DNA of 64,000 bases from Tubulanus polymorphus (lineage: Eukaryota > Animalia > Nemertea), in assembly GCF_964204645.1 (NCBI RefSeq), contig NC_134025.1, positions 20,311,101 to 20,375,100 of the forward strand. Direction: 5' to 3'. Numbering within the stretch: position 1 is the stretch's first letter; each line of letters opens with the position of its first letter. The notes below the pieces were generated by a model. That model worked only from the letters and a program-made list of their open reading frames with translations, made no database searches and was not told where the DNA came from. Positions 37,455 through 51,100 of the stretch are shown here, one piece after another. Made by a program: the position numbers and the translations under genes.

Positions 37455-39029
37455 TTTTAATGCATTTCGATATTTGGTTCACACGCTATCTATTGCATAT
37501 GATGAAACAATAAACATGAAATGTTTGATTGATGTCAGAGTTGCTAGATGAAAAACGCTGATGCATATTAACCAATCAGTGACAACGAGCAGATCACATG
37601 ACCACGATTTTCATATCATTTCATATCTAATCATTACTACTTTTCTAATTGCTAATAAAATGGTGTTGTAGGTTTGTTTCACCTTGGACTACTCCAAGGT
37701 TTCACTAAGTTTCATATTTTTGCTTTGTATCATTGCAGGCGAACTTTGTATTGAAATATGTAACAACAAAATCTGTTTCTTGATTCAGGTTTTGCTTGCT
37801 CTGTGAGTAGAGCTTTAGCGCTAATGCGACCTAGAATCTGTCTTTTCTGTCTCATGCAACCTGCAGCTAGAATCTGTCTTTTCTGTCTCAATCAGATCTT
37901 AATGATAATGCGGTAATGATAATTACGATAGTTTATTCCTCACCAAGTATAATAGTACTGCCATTTTCAGCGATCCCATGACGGGATATCGGCGGTCCAC
38001 ATCGCCTTGAACTAAAAGCTTCAGTGATTGTCAGACTAGTTGCTCACTTCCGCTTCATATTATGTATCTAGGTAACTAAATTGGTTGGAAGTATTTTGAA
38101 GGACACATCACGGTTATTGCGGGCCGGGTGTTTTATGTTGATGTGACAATTCTTCGGTCCTAAATAACTGTGTGGTTTTTTGATCTTAAAATAGGGATTG
38201 TCCCCATTATTTATTTATTTGGCTGGTAAATTTTGTTTGATTTTTCGATTGAGTGTCCCTTACAGACCCACCACACCTGCCGGGAGCGAAACAGGGGGTT
38301 TGATTTTGAAATCGGAAATCGAAGTACAGATATAGATGTGAAGGTTTTAGCATAGTTTAAAATGTGAATAATTACAAGGAAGCATTAGATTTAGTAAAAG
38401 AAAATCATAACAAAATGGAATACAAAACGTCAGCCATTTTTAGAAAATATCTCCCTCTGTGAGGAAATTAGTGGTCTAGCCTATAGCCTACCAGTGAGAA
38501 AGTTCATGACCTATTTGTTTCATTGCTGTAATGCTGGTATGTTTATGTCTCGCCATCAGCCAACCCGTCAAAGATGGGGTGTCTTGCTAGTCTATACTAT
38601 AAGAGGCTAACGACAAAGCTTTGTCACAGGTTGACACGGATGTCCGTGTGGTCGCAAATGGAAGATACTAGCTGTATGTATGTTTTGTTTTAGTATCGAT
38701 TTTGTACAATAAAGTTTAGATAAGTTGTTCAGACCATTTAAGTTTGGACACTCTGTGTTACGTTACTATGTGCGCTGTCCCCCCCCCGAATATCAACTTT
38801 TTAACTGCTTTTACTGTCTACATTTGATAGAGTTTAATACAGAAACTGCATAGGTAAACGGCATTGGCCTTAGGTGGGTTCTTAAGCTGAAGTTGCTTAT
38901 TTTTGGTTGGGCAAATTGACTTGGTTCGGCACATACTGACATATACGTCCGAGACTGAAATATTTTATGTATGTATGTTGAAAAAAGAAATGATGCTGAT
39001 CACTATGTACATTTGATTTTACATTTCAG

Positions 39030-39191
39030 TTCCTACCGAAGCCCTTGCGTTCCTCGGGGCAGTTGCCTTTTTCCTGATCTTGCTGGTGGTCTTTTTCCTG
39101 TACCTCAACAAGAAGTTATGTTTCCAAAATATAGGCGGATTTCCATGCATCGATAAACCACCGAAGAAAGATGAGAAAGTTGCCAAATTAG
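39030..39191 (+). CDS. SYT14: Synaptotagmin-14/16-like protein, transmembrane-domain exon (162 nt, phase 1-1)
   Basis: tttcag|...|gtaagt boundaries. (V)PTEALAFLGAVAFFLILLVVFFLYLNKKLCFQNIGGFPCIDKPPKKDEKVAKL closely resembles recalled human SYT14 VSPEAVGFLSAVGVFIILMLLLFLYINKKFCFENVGGFP. Missed by the ORF track. Confidence 0.9.
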
Positions 39192-41518
39192 GTAAGTCGT
39201 TCATCCGCCATTATTACTGCTTGATATAGTGAAATGGACATACAACGGAACATGACTATAGTGATCTGATGTTGATCTCAGTGTAGAGTTAACAAACAAA
39301 CAGAAACTGTTAGAATATAAACTTTTCTACATATCTACTGTGGGTTTTTCTTTGTTAACAGTGGAACCTCGTTACAGCGACCAGGAAATATGTTTCTAAC
39401 AACCGATAGTTCATTACATCCAGGGGTCAGTTTCATGAAAAAATGTAAGCTTAAAACGGTCAAGTTTGAATTGTTGTCATCATTGAAAACACAAAGTTGC
39501 CAATAGCAATGAATCCAAAAAACTGAGTTTATCTTTTTTTTGTGAAACTGGATTGTGATACTATCCAGTATGAAATTCATTAATTTTTCTTACTTGGGGT
39601 GAAATTCTATATTTGTTATATCCGATGAATCGTTGTATGGAGTTCGTTATAAGGAGAGGTTCCGCTGGTGTTTACCAACAGTAAAACATGCTAGTACCTG
39701 ACAATTTCTCTACTAGCTAAACTATGTATTTTTTTAAACACATTTTATAGAAAAGGAGCGTCTCAGAGCTATGAAAGGTTTCAATTTGGGTAAGAACAAG
39801 GTTTGCCTGTGATCTCTGCCTAATCAGTACTGATATCTGTTTCGCTTAACAGGGCTGTATTCCGTGCTAACGCAAGAATATCTCCAGATGGTTGATCGAA
39901 TTCTTCGATTTTTCTGGCTTCGAGAAACTTTTTGCCTTCGTTTTTTCCGTATTCCAATTTTCATATTCTGGCTCTGCCGTAATGAATTTTCAAACCTTAT
40001 TCAAGTCTAGTATGAAATCCTGGTCTATTCTCAACGAATATAGAACGATTTCTTCAATTTCTTCATCCTCCGTACGATTTTGAGTCTGATGACATGGAGA
40101 CTGGCACAGTATGCAAAACCCAATCATTATTTGTTATTGTACAAGTATTTTTTAACCGGGACAAATTTAGTCCTAGCCAATCGTTCACGCTGGTGCCAAA
40201 GAGGTCATCACCTGCTTCATGCGGACCATATATTAGGCCAGACCAATATTGCCAAATCCGAGCACAAGTGAAATTATTCCTTGTGAACGCTCTGGTTGTG
40301 ACAGGGACTCGCCTTGCATCACCACTGCACCATTTTGATAACAATAATGCACAATAGATAAAGATATTTCAATTGAATTTGTAATGTGCGATTGGTTTAC
40401 TGGTGATCACACACTACTTAGACTTGGGCCAAATTTAACTCAATCCTGGTACTGGCCCGTTTGACCTTATCCATTCATCTCTATAAAACCACAGCTCTTT
40501 TCATTTGGCTGAGAGCGGACTTGAAGCAAATTTCACTAAAGTTTAGATAGCAATGGTTAGTAGCACGAGATGTTTTCATTAGGGTCTAGGATACACCCCC
40601 AGTGCTGATGAGGTCTGAACAGTTAATAAAAAAAAGGCTATGTTCAGCTACTAGGCGCTTCTTGGAATAACTAGTCAAAGTATATTATACAAAAGCCGAT
40701 CTCATTGGGTCTCTTCATATGCAAAAAATTCCGGAAAGAGGGGTTTGTAACATGGTTGAGTCTCACGATGCCATCTGATTCAAATCCATGTGAGGATCGA
40801 TCATAACTTTTGTGTCTTGGAATTGGGTTTTCGTTTTTGTAACTTTTTCCTAACTCTTTCGCTACGCGTGTTGATTACAGCCTGGTTTGGTTGACATGCC
40901 AAACCATTGCCAACGATAAGTAGAATATTGTCCGATTTTTGTTTGTACTAGCAGAACTTGTGAATACTAAGAAATTTTCCTTATATCTTTTCATCAAAGG
41001 TTAATACTTTTTGATTCCAAATAATGTCATGTTTAACTCATTGATAATGTTTTTTTGTCATGTTTAATTCCATCAATTGATGATATGATTGTTTCGCTAA
41101 TCTAAGAGGCTGTGGGATTTTAATAAATTTTCATAAAGTATTCTTACTGACTCGGTTCAATAGGAAATTGTTCTTGAGATTTATTTATAATCTGTATTGC
41201 TTATTAGGCCTATGCCTGAATGAACGCTTGAATAAATGCGTTCCAATCATTTTTTCTTCGATTAGCTGCGATTATTTCCGCTTACGACTTGGCCAGATTT
41301 ATTTGCTACACGCGTTGCTATCTTTATTCTATATACGTTATACAGTATATGACTAGATATTCGATTCGATATTTTAAGATTTACAAATATGGGATGAGTT
41401 TTTTATTTTCAATTATACACGAATATTTGTTAAAAAAACAAACAGTCAGCAAACACAGTCACTTTGACGAGTTAACACCCAAAATCGATGAGACGGGCGT
41501 TCCATGTATCCATGTAAC

Positions 41519-41591
<73 letters not shown>

Positions 41592-41619
41592 AAAGTGGAA
41601 AACATCAATTTTCATATAT

Positions 41620-41689
<70 letters not shown>

Positions 41690-41720
41690 ATATATGAAAA
41701 TTGATGTTTTCGACTTTGCT
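41519..41720. repeat. Two (TA)n tracts; the second is enclosed by inverted arms
   Basis: aaagtggaaaacatcaattttcatatattttca-(TA)n-tgaaaatatatgaaaattgatgttttcgacttt. Confidence 0.9.
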
Positions 41721-43156
41721 CCCTGATGGTTGATGATATCAAAGCAAACATTCATAATAATTTTCGCTGACACAACCCAGAGCTAAGAATTGTCGATATA
41801 ATGGGAGTAAGTAGAGAGAAACGACGGTGGAGCATCGCGAACGAACATGGCGAAAATAGATAAAACTCCATGCGCTAAATTCTGGTCACAGTTATCCGAC
41901 AGCATCTATTTTAGTGGTAGTATTTTCCGAGTGAGATCATAACACATTCAACTAATCCAGCATGTTAAGCAGGGGTTTTAACTGTACCCACTAGGTAAAG
42001 AGATTTGTTATTAATAAGTTGAATAAAAATGATTTAGACAACATTTTAGATTCTCTTGTGTCGATGTTCTCCACAACAGGTTCTAGAGCGGTGGCCACCC
42101 CTTTCATTTTTACATCCACCCCTCTGAAAATTGGCCACCCCTGATAAAATATCTGCTGCCCCTCCCAGAATGGATATCAATATTTTATTAATGCTGATAT
42201 TTGCTTTGAAATATATTAGAGTTGATATGATAAAAAGAAGATTACACAGCTTGATTTTTCCGTATTTTTGGAGGATCAAAAGGTTGCTACCTCAGCAGCC
42301 ATGATATCATACGAATGCATCCCCTTCAAAATTCCAGCATATGGAGAACGCTGGTTATAAATAACGTCTGACAATAGTCTCTAGTGAGATGTATTTGTCA
42401 AAAAATTTGGCCGCTGCTACGTGGAGTTAACGTCGCACTGATAACTGAAAAAAAACTGATCAAGATAAAATGACAAAATCTCATGGCAGGTGTTCGCTGT
42501 TATGAAGAGGGACCCTATTGAAATTGGAGGTTATCATATTATAGAGGGCCACCTGGCAGCCATGGTTATTTGTAAACTGTGCATTTTGGGTTGATAAGTA
42601 AAACCCGATTCACAAAACTATATAAGGCCTATACGCATTTTTGGTGATGTAATGGCACTCACAAAAAAACTATGGCAATTTTCTTCAAAATAGCCGATTG
42701 GTTGCAAATTTTAGACCTCCAGTCATATCATGGGCTCCGTTTAGAGTCCATGGTCAAATAAACCTACTTTGGATATTTTCTTCATAGGCCTATGTGCTTC
42801 AATAATATGTATAATACACTAATCGTTTTACCTAAACATATTTTCAAAAGAATTTAGATGAAAATTTTATTAATATTGATATAGCTCGTGTGAAGTTGTA
42901 CTAGGTTGATAAATATCAAGGTCATATGTTTCCCCATTAAGCCGCAGGAATGCGTTAAACGTGTCGGATCATGAATTTTTCAAAATATCCCATAATGTAG
43001 ATGGAGATTTTCATGCGACAATGCATAGGCTTTCATGTTATAACGTTTTTCATTAATAATTTAAATATACGTTTTCGAATCGTTGATGATGAATATCAAA
43101 TGAACTAACGAGTGTTACATACACTAATTAAACTAATTACGACAAGCGTTGTCGTT

Positions 43157-43170
43157 GTTGTCATGGAAAC
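43157..43170. promoter_or_regulatory. RFX X-box-like motif
   Basis: gttgtcatggaaac versus the X-box consensus GTTGCCATGGCAAC; lies in a CpG patch about 155 bp upstream of a candidate first exon. Confidence 0.45.
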
Positions 43171-43324
43171 ATTTTCAGCCGAGTTCTTTAAGCCTAATAT
43201 ATTTTGTAATTTTACGACCTCGTTTCGTGCCGTGGCGCTATATTAGATGTTTCGGCTGTTTTATCGGGCTAGATTCTCTGTATGCATAAAACACGTTGCA
43301 CACCAGTAGTGGGCATGCTATGAT

Positions 43325-43391
43325 ATGACTATGATGTTAACTATTTACCAATTTTGTGCGCAGCATCTTAACAATTTGGTCGGTCTTAAAG
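43325..43391 (+). CDS. Candidate TM-bypassing alternative first exon (MTMMLTIYQFCAQHLNNLVGLK, phase 1)
   Basis: Strong donor aag|gtaaga; 67 nt = 3n+1; in-frame stop upstream of the ATG; in frame with exon 57839. Confidence 0.45.
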
Positions 43392-46300
43392 GTAAGAATT
43401 GGCTTTGATTTGATGAATTCCCTTTATGAGTATGTCTGAATGATTGTTGAGATTTGAATTTATGCAAGGCATATAGTTAAGCCGTGCCGTGCCTTTCGGT
43501 TTGAATTGCGCTTTTTCAATTCTATCTGTCTAGAAATGAGTGTTTCATAGTATACATATATACAGTAGTGACATCTGTTGGGTAAACTTAACACTAGTTA
43601 GTAGTTCTCGACTTCAGTCATGTGTCTGAATATTTGATTATCGTGCGTTTTCAATTAGAACAGCTAACATCTAGATTGATAACTGGATACTAAGTAGAAA
43701 TTTGTTCATATTCATCAATTTGATATTATGCCAATATGTGTGAAACCTTTTTATTGAGCCTATCCATATGCTGTCTAGTTACTCTACGCGGTAGAAGGTG
43801 GCTCCAGTTGCCAGCTTTGAATTCAGAGAGAGTTACGCGATGAATTTCGTAATCATTGAGTCATTCGTTTTGCGAATATCCTCCTCCATTTTTGCCCGAG
43901 GAAATTGGAGAAATGAAACAAAGTACTTTCGTCGCCCCAATAATCGTGATAATGTCATTATTTGATCTCTGTGGATGGACCGGCTTTTTTCATTCATAGA
44001 TGAACGTATATACCATATCTGTACATGCATTTTCATGGATGCAGGGTAACCATGGTTTCTGGGGAATGAGTTTTTCACTCCCAGAGCGAATACTAATCGG
44101 GCTTATTCAGCCAGAAAATGTTGCGAGTTATGCGCTCTGGAAAATTATTCTACCGGTTTAATTTGAACTTCGACGAAACGCTGGATGTGGGTGTGTAAAT
44201 GCTGTTGAAAACAAGAGATTGCTACACGATTGTCGGGTCTACGACGATATGTAAAAATGATATGCACTTTTTATGAATGTTAGAGACCAAGTAAAGTTTG
44301 ACCCTAATTCCAGTAAAACTGCTTCACCCTGTTCCAGAGTCAAGACTTTAGTTAATGTGAGCCAACCTGGTAAGTCACAGTGGCCTATTGCATAATTCAC
44401 TTTTCACCCATGTCCGTCTGTGTGTAGACAGAATCCAGTTATTTTGGGAAGTTTTGAAGACATGTGCCCTTATAACACATATGCCGTCCAAAAACTGACC
44501 TGATCAGAATGAAGATGGCTGAATGGCGGCCATTCTTGTTCGATGAAATCACTTTTAGACATTTTTGAAGTTTTCAAATTTTTAAGACTTCAGTCAATTA
44601 TTTTAATGGTTTGAAGGGTTTTTCGATGAATCAATTTTCATCCAATAGGCGGAAATCACTCCCATCAGACCTTATGCATTTGATTTTAAAAACTCTTTTT
44701 TTAGAAAAATCAGCGGGTTTTTACTTCATAAATCTTGATATTTAGTAATTGTTAGCATTGTATTAATACATTTGTTTTTCCTTTTTTTTATTCATATATT
44801 TGTATATTTTGATACCACAACCGATTTCAAATTTGCTTATTACCTGTTCTATGATTGCTGTAAGTTCCAAGATCTTTGCTTTTATAATTGAATATTGAAC
44901 ATGTCAGATTGTCAAGTGTTTCACCAAGTGGGCATGGTGTCCCTGAACCCCTAGTATTGATTGTATAACAGTCCATAGATCTATCACCCAACTTGGATTC
45001 ATTTCGGCTTGACTTAGTTATGAACCCTTCATTTATTCGATACGGGTCCAATAGCAAATATATCAGACCTAGACCTAACTGTGACTATTATTGACTGGCT
45101 TTCTGACGAACCGTCGAATATGCACTTTTATTGAAACTCAAAAAAATCAATTTGAAATTTTGAACTTTTTTGTCGCTCTCGTTTCCGATATCAGTTTCAT
45201 TTATCTCAGATATTAAGTCACAATAAGCTGATTTTATGTACCTTATTAGCGTATTAAACAAGCTAATACTGAAAGTGACTGATAATTACCAACATTTTTT
45301 AACTGAAAAAAAAGGGTCACCATATTCGACGTGGTCCAGAAAAACCATTTCAGACGGAGTGACCATATTCGACGCAGATTCGGCACTTAGCTAAAGTCTG
45401 TCCCAGCCCAGTTTGTCGTGGCATTTGTTAGGCAAAGGAGATCAAATGTACAGCTGCATATTTACATCCTCTGTAGCACAATACACTCAACACTAATTAC
45501 ACTCCCCTCTAGCGGCACACTGGGTGACTTCTATACCGGGCTTACTAAGTGCCGAATTGCCCACTAGACTCTAGTGTGAACTGGCTATAGTTGGCCCAAT
45601 GATCAATATTAATATTTATTAGTGCAAGTGCAAGCTGATGCCTTTAATGTAACACATACTTTTTCTACGGTGTAGTTAATACACGCGGTTTTTTGCAACT
45701 TGTGTTTTTTGTGTATATGCTAGTTTGAAAATTTGAACATGCCTAGATATTTATATGTGTATCCATTTGCTCTTTCTGAATGATAATCGTGTTCAATGGA
45801 ACGAAGAATGTGGCGAGAGAGATATATCTAAAAGCGATGACAAAGGCCAGTTGATATATACGCGCGCATAATGTCACATGATATGATATATATATATATA
45901 CATACGGAAAGGTCAACAAAGTAGGTTTAGTTATTGTATAGATAGGGTTCGTCATATTTCGGTTGAATATAATATATAATAACACGCGCATTAGCGAAAG
46001 TGTTGTGAATAGCGAATGAACGTGAGCGAGCTAGTGTTATCGATTTCCCAGTGAAAGTGATTTTTAGCTGTAAAGCGATTGACTGATCTAATTTTGGCGT
46101 GGGCGGAGATTTTTCGGCGTTTTTCATCGTTCGCGGAACCGGTCCATCGGTATAGCAGGTATGGTAGCACTTCATCGTTCGTGTATGTATATCCTAGTCG
46201 ACCAGCTGGTAGAGGATTGATAAATACCTAAATGACTGAGCAACTTCAGGCGGGTAGTTCACTTGATTAGTGTTGTCATACAACGGTGCGCGCACGGCGA

Positions 46301-46584
46301 TCTCCTCCACTAGTGCGTAGTCAGTGCTGTCACTGACGTAGCAGCAGCAGCAGCAACAGAAAACTGCGAATGACAACGGCGGCGTCAGTGTAGCTGTACT
46401 GGTGGAATGTAATTGATCGGTTTCATCTTGACTGTTGCTGCAACTACAACGACAATATTGACGACCGACCGCGTAGATGGATATTCTAAACTTAACCCAA
46501 TCGTTTTCGGATGTTGTTTGACGCTTAAAAAATCGTTTACATGCATGTAGGTTTACACATATATGTATATATACCGGTATTCTA

Positions 46585-46870
46585 ATGGCTGTATATAGGA
46601 ACCCGTCGAAGGTTCAAACGACGAGTTTCTCGTGGAGAAGTATATTGTGGTGTTGTTTGCATAGCAAAAATGCGAACAACAACAATAACACGGACAACGG
46701 CAACGATGTGACGGATAATGATAAAAAAGCCGACAAAAACGTCGACAATGCCGACGGCGATAACAAGGAGAACTCGTTGTCAGAAAAACTGCCAATTTTG
46801 GATAAAAACGATAAAAAACGAATTCGGAAGAATAGTTTAGGTTCGAACAAATCGTCAGCTAGGAACAAAG
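46585..46870 (+). CDS. Alternative first coding exon of the SYT14/16-like gene downstream of the TM exon (95 codons, phase 1)
   Basis: MAVYRNPSKVQTTSFSWRSILWCCLHSK followed by an N/D/K-rich hydrophilic tract; donor aag|gtatgt; 286 nt = 3n+1; large CpG-rich region upstream (45850-46480); in frame with exon 57839. Confidence 0.7.
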
Positions 46871-47406
46871 GTATGTTCGTATGCGTGTGGAAACAATTAG
46901 AAACTGTTGACGTTACATGAAATACTGTTTTACGTTATTCATTTCATTTCGCTATTTACTTTTAAGAAGTCGTTGTGTGTAGTATAAAATGTAAAACCCT
47001 GAGTTCCAAATTGTGGGCCGTGGCCACTGCTGGTTCGTAAGGTTAAGGTTTAAGGGATCCGTATACCAAAATGTCAACTTACCAGTTGAAATTCCATTTT
47101 CACAAATGAAATTACAAATAACTCACAATCTTTTCCAGAAGGCTTGAAATAGCTTTCCCTATCTACAAAATGTTTTGGGGCATGAGTCAGGGCTTCGAGC
47201 CTTTAAAACTTGCACATTTTGCTAGCATACACTTTGTTCCTTTTACCTGTGGACACCCCTTCGAATTTTCTACCCACCTGTCGAAATATTATCCATTTTA
47301 TCCACTGATATTTTTCCAGTAACGCACAAGTCGTGTTACTCTGAAAAAGGAATGAATACTCATCACTTAAAAGTCACATATTCTGCCATCATTACGAGTT
47401 GACTAA

Positions 47407-48168
47407 AGCCGGGCTCAGATCGACCTTACGACACGACTCAACTGTCGGCGACTATCGTAGATTGCACTCAGATCGAATTCAGCGATAATCGGCGACCAGT
47501 TGCTATTGGTCGTAACGACTGGACATGAGCGCGCTCACATCGACACCGATACTCCGAGTCGTGGGCTCCCAACGGGTAGATCACGTGACCCATTCAAAGT
47601 TACGTGCACATATCTCCCAATAAAAAATAACAATATGTATGCCATTTTTATTCCATAAACTCTCCATCTATTTAGCGGCATTATTGTCAGAGAAAAATTG
47701 AAATTTTTAGAGTGATTCAAATAAAATATTCATGATTTTAGGTTATTCATCAAAGGTTTTTTATTATCAACATGCAAAAATGTCGTGGAAAGTATATGGA
47801 GGCTGTGTTTCTCTTCTCACAATAACAATGAGCTTTCCTTCATATTTGGCGGGCCATGAGGTCGCCATGTTCATTTTTGATCCGCCGCTCTGATTGGCTG
47901 AAATTAGTTGTGGAGTCGGCAACTCATCGCAGAAACACGCACATCGACGACGACGAGTCGGCGACTGGTTCCATCGCGTCGTAGAAGTAGAACATGTTCA
48001 AATCCTGCGATTCAGTCGCCGATCGTGAAAAACTGTCGCACGACAGTCGTAGCTAGACTCAGATCGACTAGAATCGGCGACGAAAATCGTGCGACGATCG
48101 GCGGTAGTCGCCGGAAAACCAGTCGCCGACCAGTTGAGTCGCGTCGTAAGGTCGATCTGAGCCCCCCT
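47407..48168. mobile_element. PIF/Harbinger-type MITE, copy B
   Basis: About 35-bp TIRs gggctcagatcgaccttacgac.cgactcaactg; TAA TSD at 47404-47406 and 48169-48171. Confidence 0.88.
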
Positions 48169-51100
48169 TAAGCTAGTTTAGCTATAGATAATACATACAT
48201 ACAGCTGTGCAACTATAGTCCCCGAATATTTATGTTTTGTAATGAAATGTTTAACCTGTATCGATCTGGAAGCGCATTGATTGATCTGCGTTCATCGTAT
48301 TGAGTTATATTTATTTGCCGTGCTGAAAAGCCATCAGGTACCGGGGTTGTACGTGGCATTTCATCCATCACGCGAAAATCAGATGTCGATCCTCAGACCC
48401 ACGTATTATCAAAGCTATAGAATGGAAATCATCATTGTAAAGTGAATTCGCTGAGAATACTGAAATATGGTCACAAGATGATAATGATAGATATTGTTAA
48501 ATCATTTTCCTTTCCCAATGGCTTGACCTTGGATAAATCATTCAAATGATTACTCCAAGCTTGGACGACTCCGTGGATAAGTGGAAGGTTGAAATGTTGT
48601 TTGGTCAGGGACAGATTTGTTTGCCATGGTCAGTTCAAGCTCTACTTGCCATTTCCGGTAGCCACCCCCCTCCCCCATTGAAAGTATCAACTAGTCTCTA
48701 CAACGGACTCATGCGCTATCAACTAGCTTTTCAAAGACCAGGCAAGTACGGAGTGTGTAAACAAGGCGAGTAGCTGGGTTATTGGAGTTCATCATTTACG
48801 ACCATGGAAGAAACCATTCCCCAAAAACCATTCACCAAAACGATATAGTATTTTACGAGGACAGTGTAGTAGTGCAGGGCACTTACAATTCCAGGCACTT
48901 ACCTGCAAACCAAAGAAAAGACGGGGAATTTTGTTAAAAGCTTAAAAATCAGGGTAAAGTCAGGGAAATTTTTTGAGAAGCTAGTAGTAGTAGGGAAAAG
49001 CTAGTAGTAATGGCCTCCCTAGTTGTGAAAACTACTGGTGTATGTTCCTTGAATTATTTACTGCAATTTCTTAGGAATTAGTACCGGAATTTTCTATTGT
49101 ATCGTCGTTAATGAAATTATCTCCATCATTGATATCGAAGTCATCATTATGTACACGATTATTATTTATTGAATATTCTATTGATAAGCGCACGTGTGAC
49201 CTGATGGTGTCCTCTCCTCTGTCAGTATGTATAATGTTATTAGCACTGATCTATCCCGGTTGATGGATTCGCTATTTAATCCATAATGAATTGGCGTACT
49301 GTATGCACTATCTCCAGTATGCACAGTTAAGACCCCTTTCATGGGGCGAAAATGCATCTAGGTGAATTGTGCTGCGTCCAATTCTGTGGCTTTCTTTGTC
49401 AACATGCATGTGTTTACTAAAAAAGACCTGATTACCAGTGGCTAGCATATCGATTTTGGACAAGACAATTGTGATAATCAAATAGAATTTAGAAAATCGC
49501 AATTTTCCCTTGACAAGAAAATTTGAGCATCGATTTCAAAATTCGCTCATTGGTAACACCTCCTTTTATTCATTTTTGTTCAACAATTTTTTTTTTGTTC
49601 ATGCACATGCTTAGACATGCTTAGACGTATTATTATTTGAGGCGAAATTGTTGGAAAAAGAGCAAAATTTTCATTCCAAAAATACTAGCGGTTAAAGGCG
49701 CGTTCACACGACAAAATTTAGACCGGTCCAAATTTGGTCCGGTCCAATTTAGACCGGACCAAGCGTTCACACCGGCAAAAATACTGTTCCAAATTGGGCC
49801 GGTCTAGTTTAGACCGGTCTAATTTGGCACGGTCTAAATCTTTGCACCGGTCTAGATATATGTGTGTGGATAGAAACTGGTACCATGTCCGGTCTAAATC
49901 GTAATTCTGAATCTCTGCGGTAGATATCACGACCTCTGCGGTAGAGTGTGAGCCCAGTTTATTAAGTTTTAAATGCTTTAATTACCGTTAATGTAATTAT
50001 TTTTCAGTACTGTTTTTTATGGAATACTATGGAAATGTTTGGAGCGTATTTGTATTTGTATGTCGCGCTCAGCATCCGTTTTACTTCCGTGTTTTGAATC
50101 GTGTTTAAACGACACTGTATTTATGAAGAAATAAATAAATCTTCATTTCAAAGCCCAATGCACACAGTAAGAAAAGAGGAAACATATTTTGTATTTTTTT
50201 GTGTTTCGATGATTGTCTTCGACTATAGCACACAGCAATCGAAACAATGTTTGTGAAACCAACTGAGAAGAAACACGATTGTAGTTCAGCGTATATCACA
50301 TTTACATGAGGACTCTAGAAAACACTGTTTAATTCTTAGTACCATTGGCGTACATTGAACTATGTGTATTAGCACATGTATATGCTTGTATTTGCTAGAA
50401 TCCTTGCACTCAGTTTTGACGCGTTGTACTTTAGTTCAGGTCAGTTGATCTTGAAAGCAACTGGTGGGATATGGTATGCCGCAGTTGAACATGGGCAACT
50501 AGCAGAATACAGATTGCGACAATTCGGTAGGTGTTGGGTCGCGTCATAAGCCGGCTAATGTCAGGCAGATACGGAGGCAACTGGCGGCATACCATATGCA
50601 ACTAGTGCCGATAATCCAGTTGCTTCGGTATCCATTGTGGCCCAACATAAGTTGGCCTTTCGATGTAAACCGGGCAATTTTTATATTACATTTCATTTTG
50701 AATGTCTGAATCCCGTCGTGAGATTTGTCATCCGGTGAGCGATGATGAGCTTAAATTAAGCTCGTACATGTATTTTTACTAATCGCTCTCTCCCGACGAT
50801 GATGAATCTCGGATCTCTGAGGAGATGCGTAATGACCGGAAAATGAAATACATCGTGGGTTAATAGCGATTATGATTTTTTTTTTTTCATTTTTGTAAAA
50901 CAATTGCCGGATAAAACACGATGGAAGTTTATTTTGCGTCGTTATTATCGACGTCGTTCGCCTCGACGATGTTTAATTTCACTAAAAGCATTCAAGCGTT
51001 CGGAATTTTTTTTATCGTTATCGAATGATACTTTTACAAATGCGATTTCGCTCCTATTCGTGAAAAACGGTCGACGACGGAAAATCCTGATGAAATGACG

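Noticed and set aside
40600-40650. Hammerhead-like ctgatgaggtctgaac
   Set aside because: Lacks the GAAA core and proper stems.
41289-41704. ORFs rich in YI repeats
   Set aside because: Translation of (TA)n microsatellites.
46553-46868. Minus-strand ORFs of 80-84 aa
   Set aside because: Antisense shadows of the plus-strand exon at 46585-46870.
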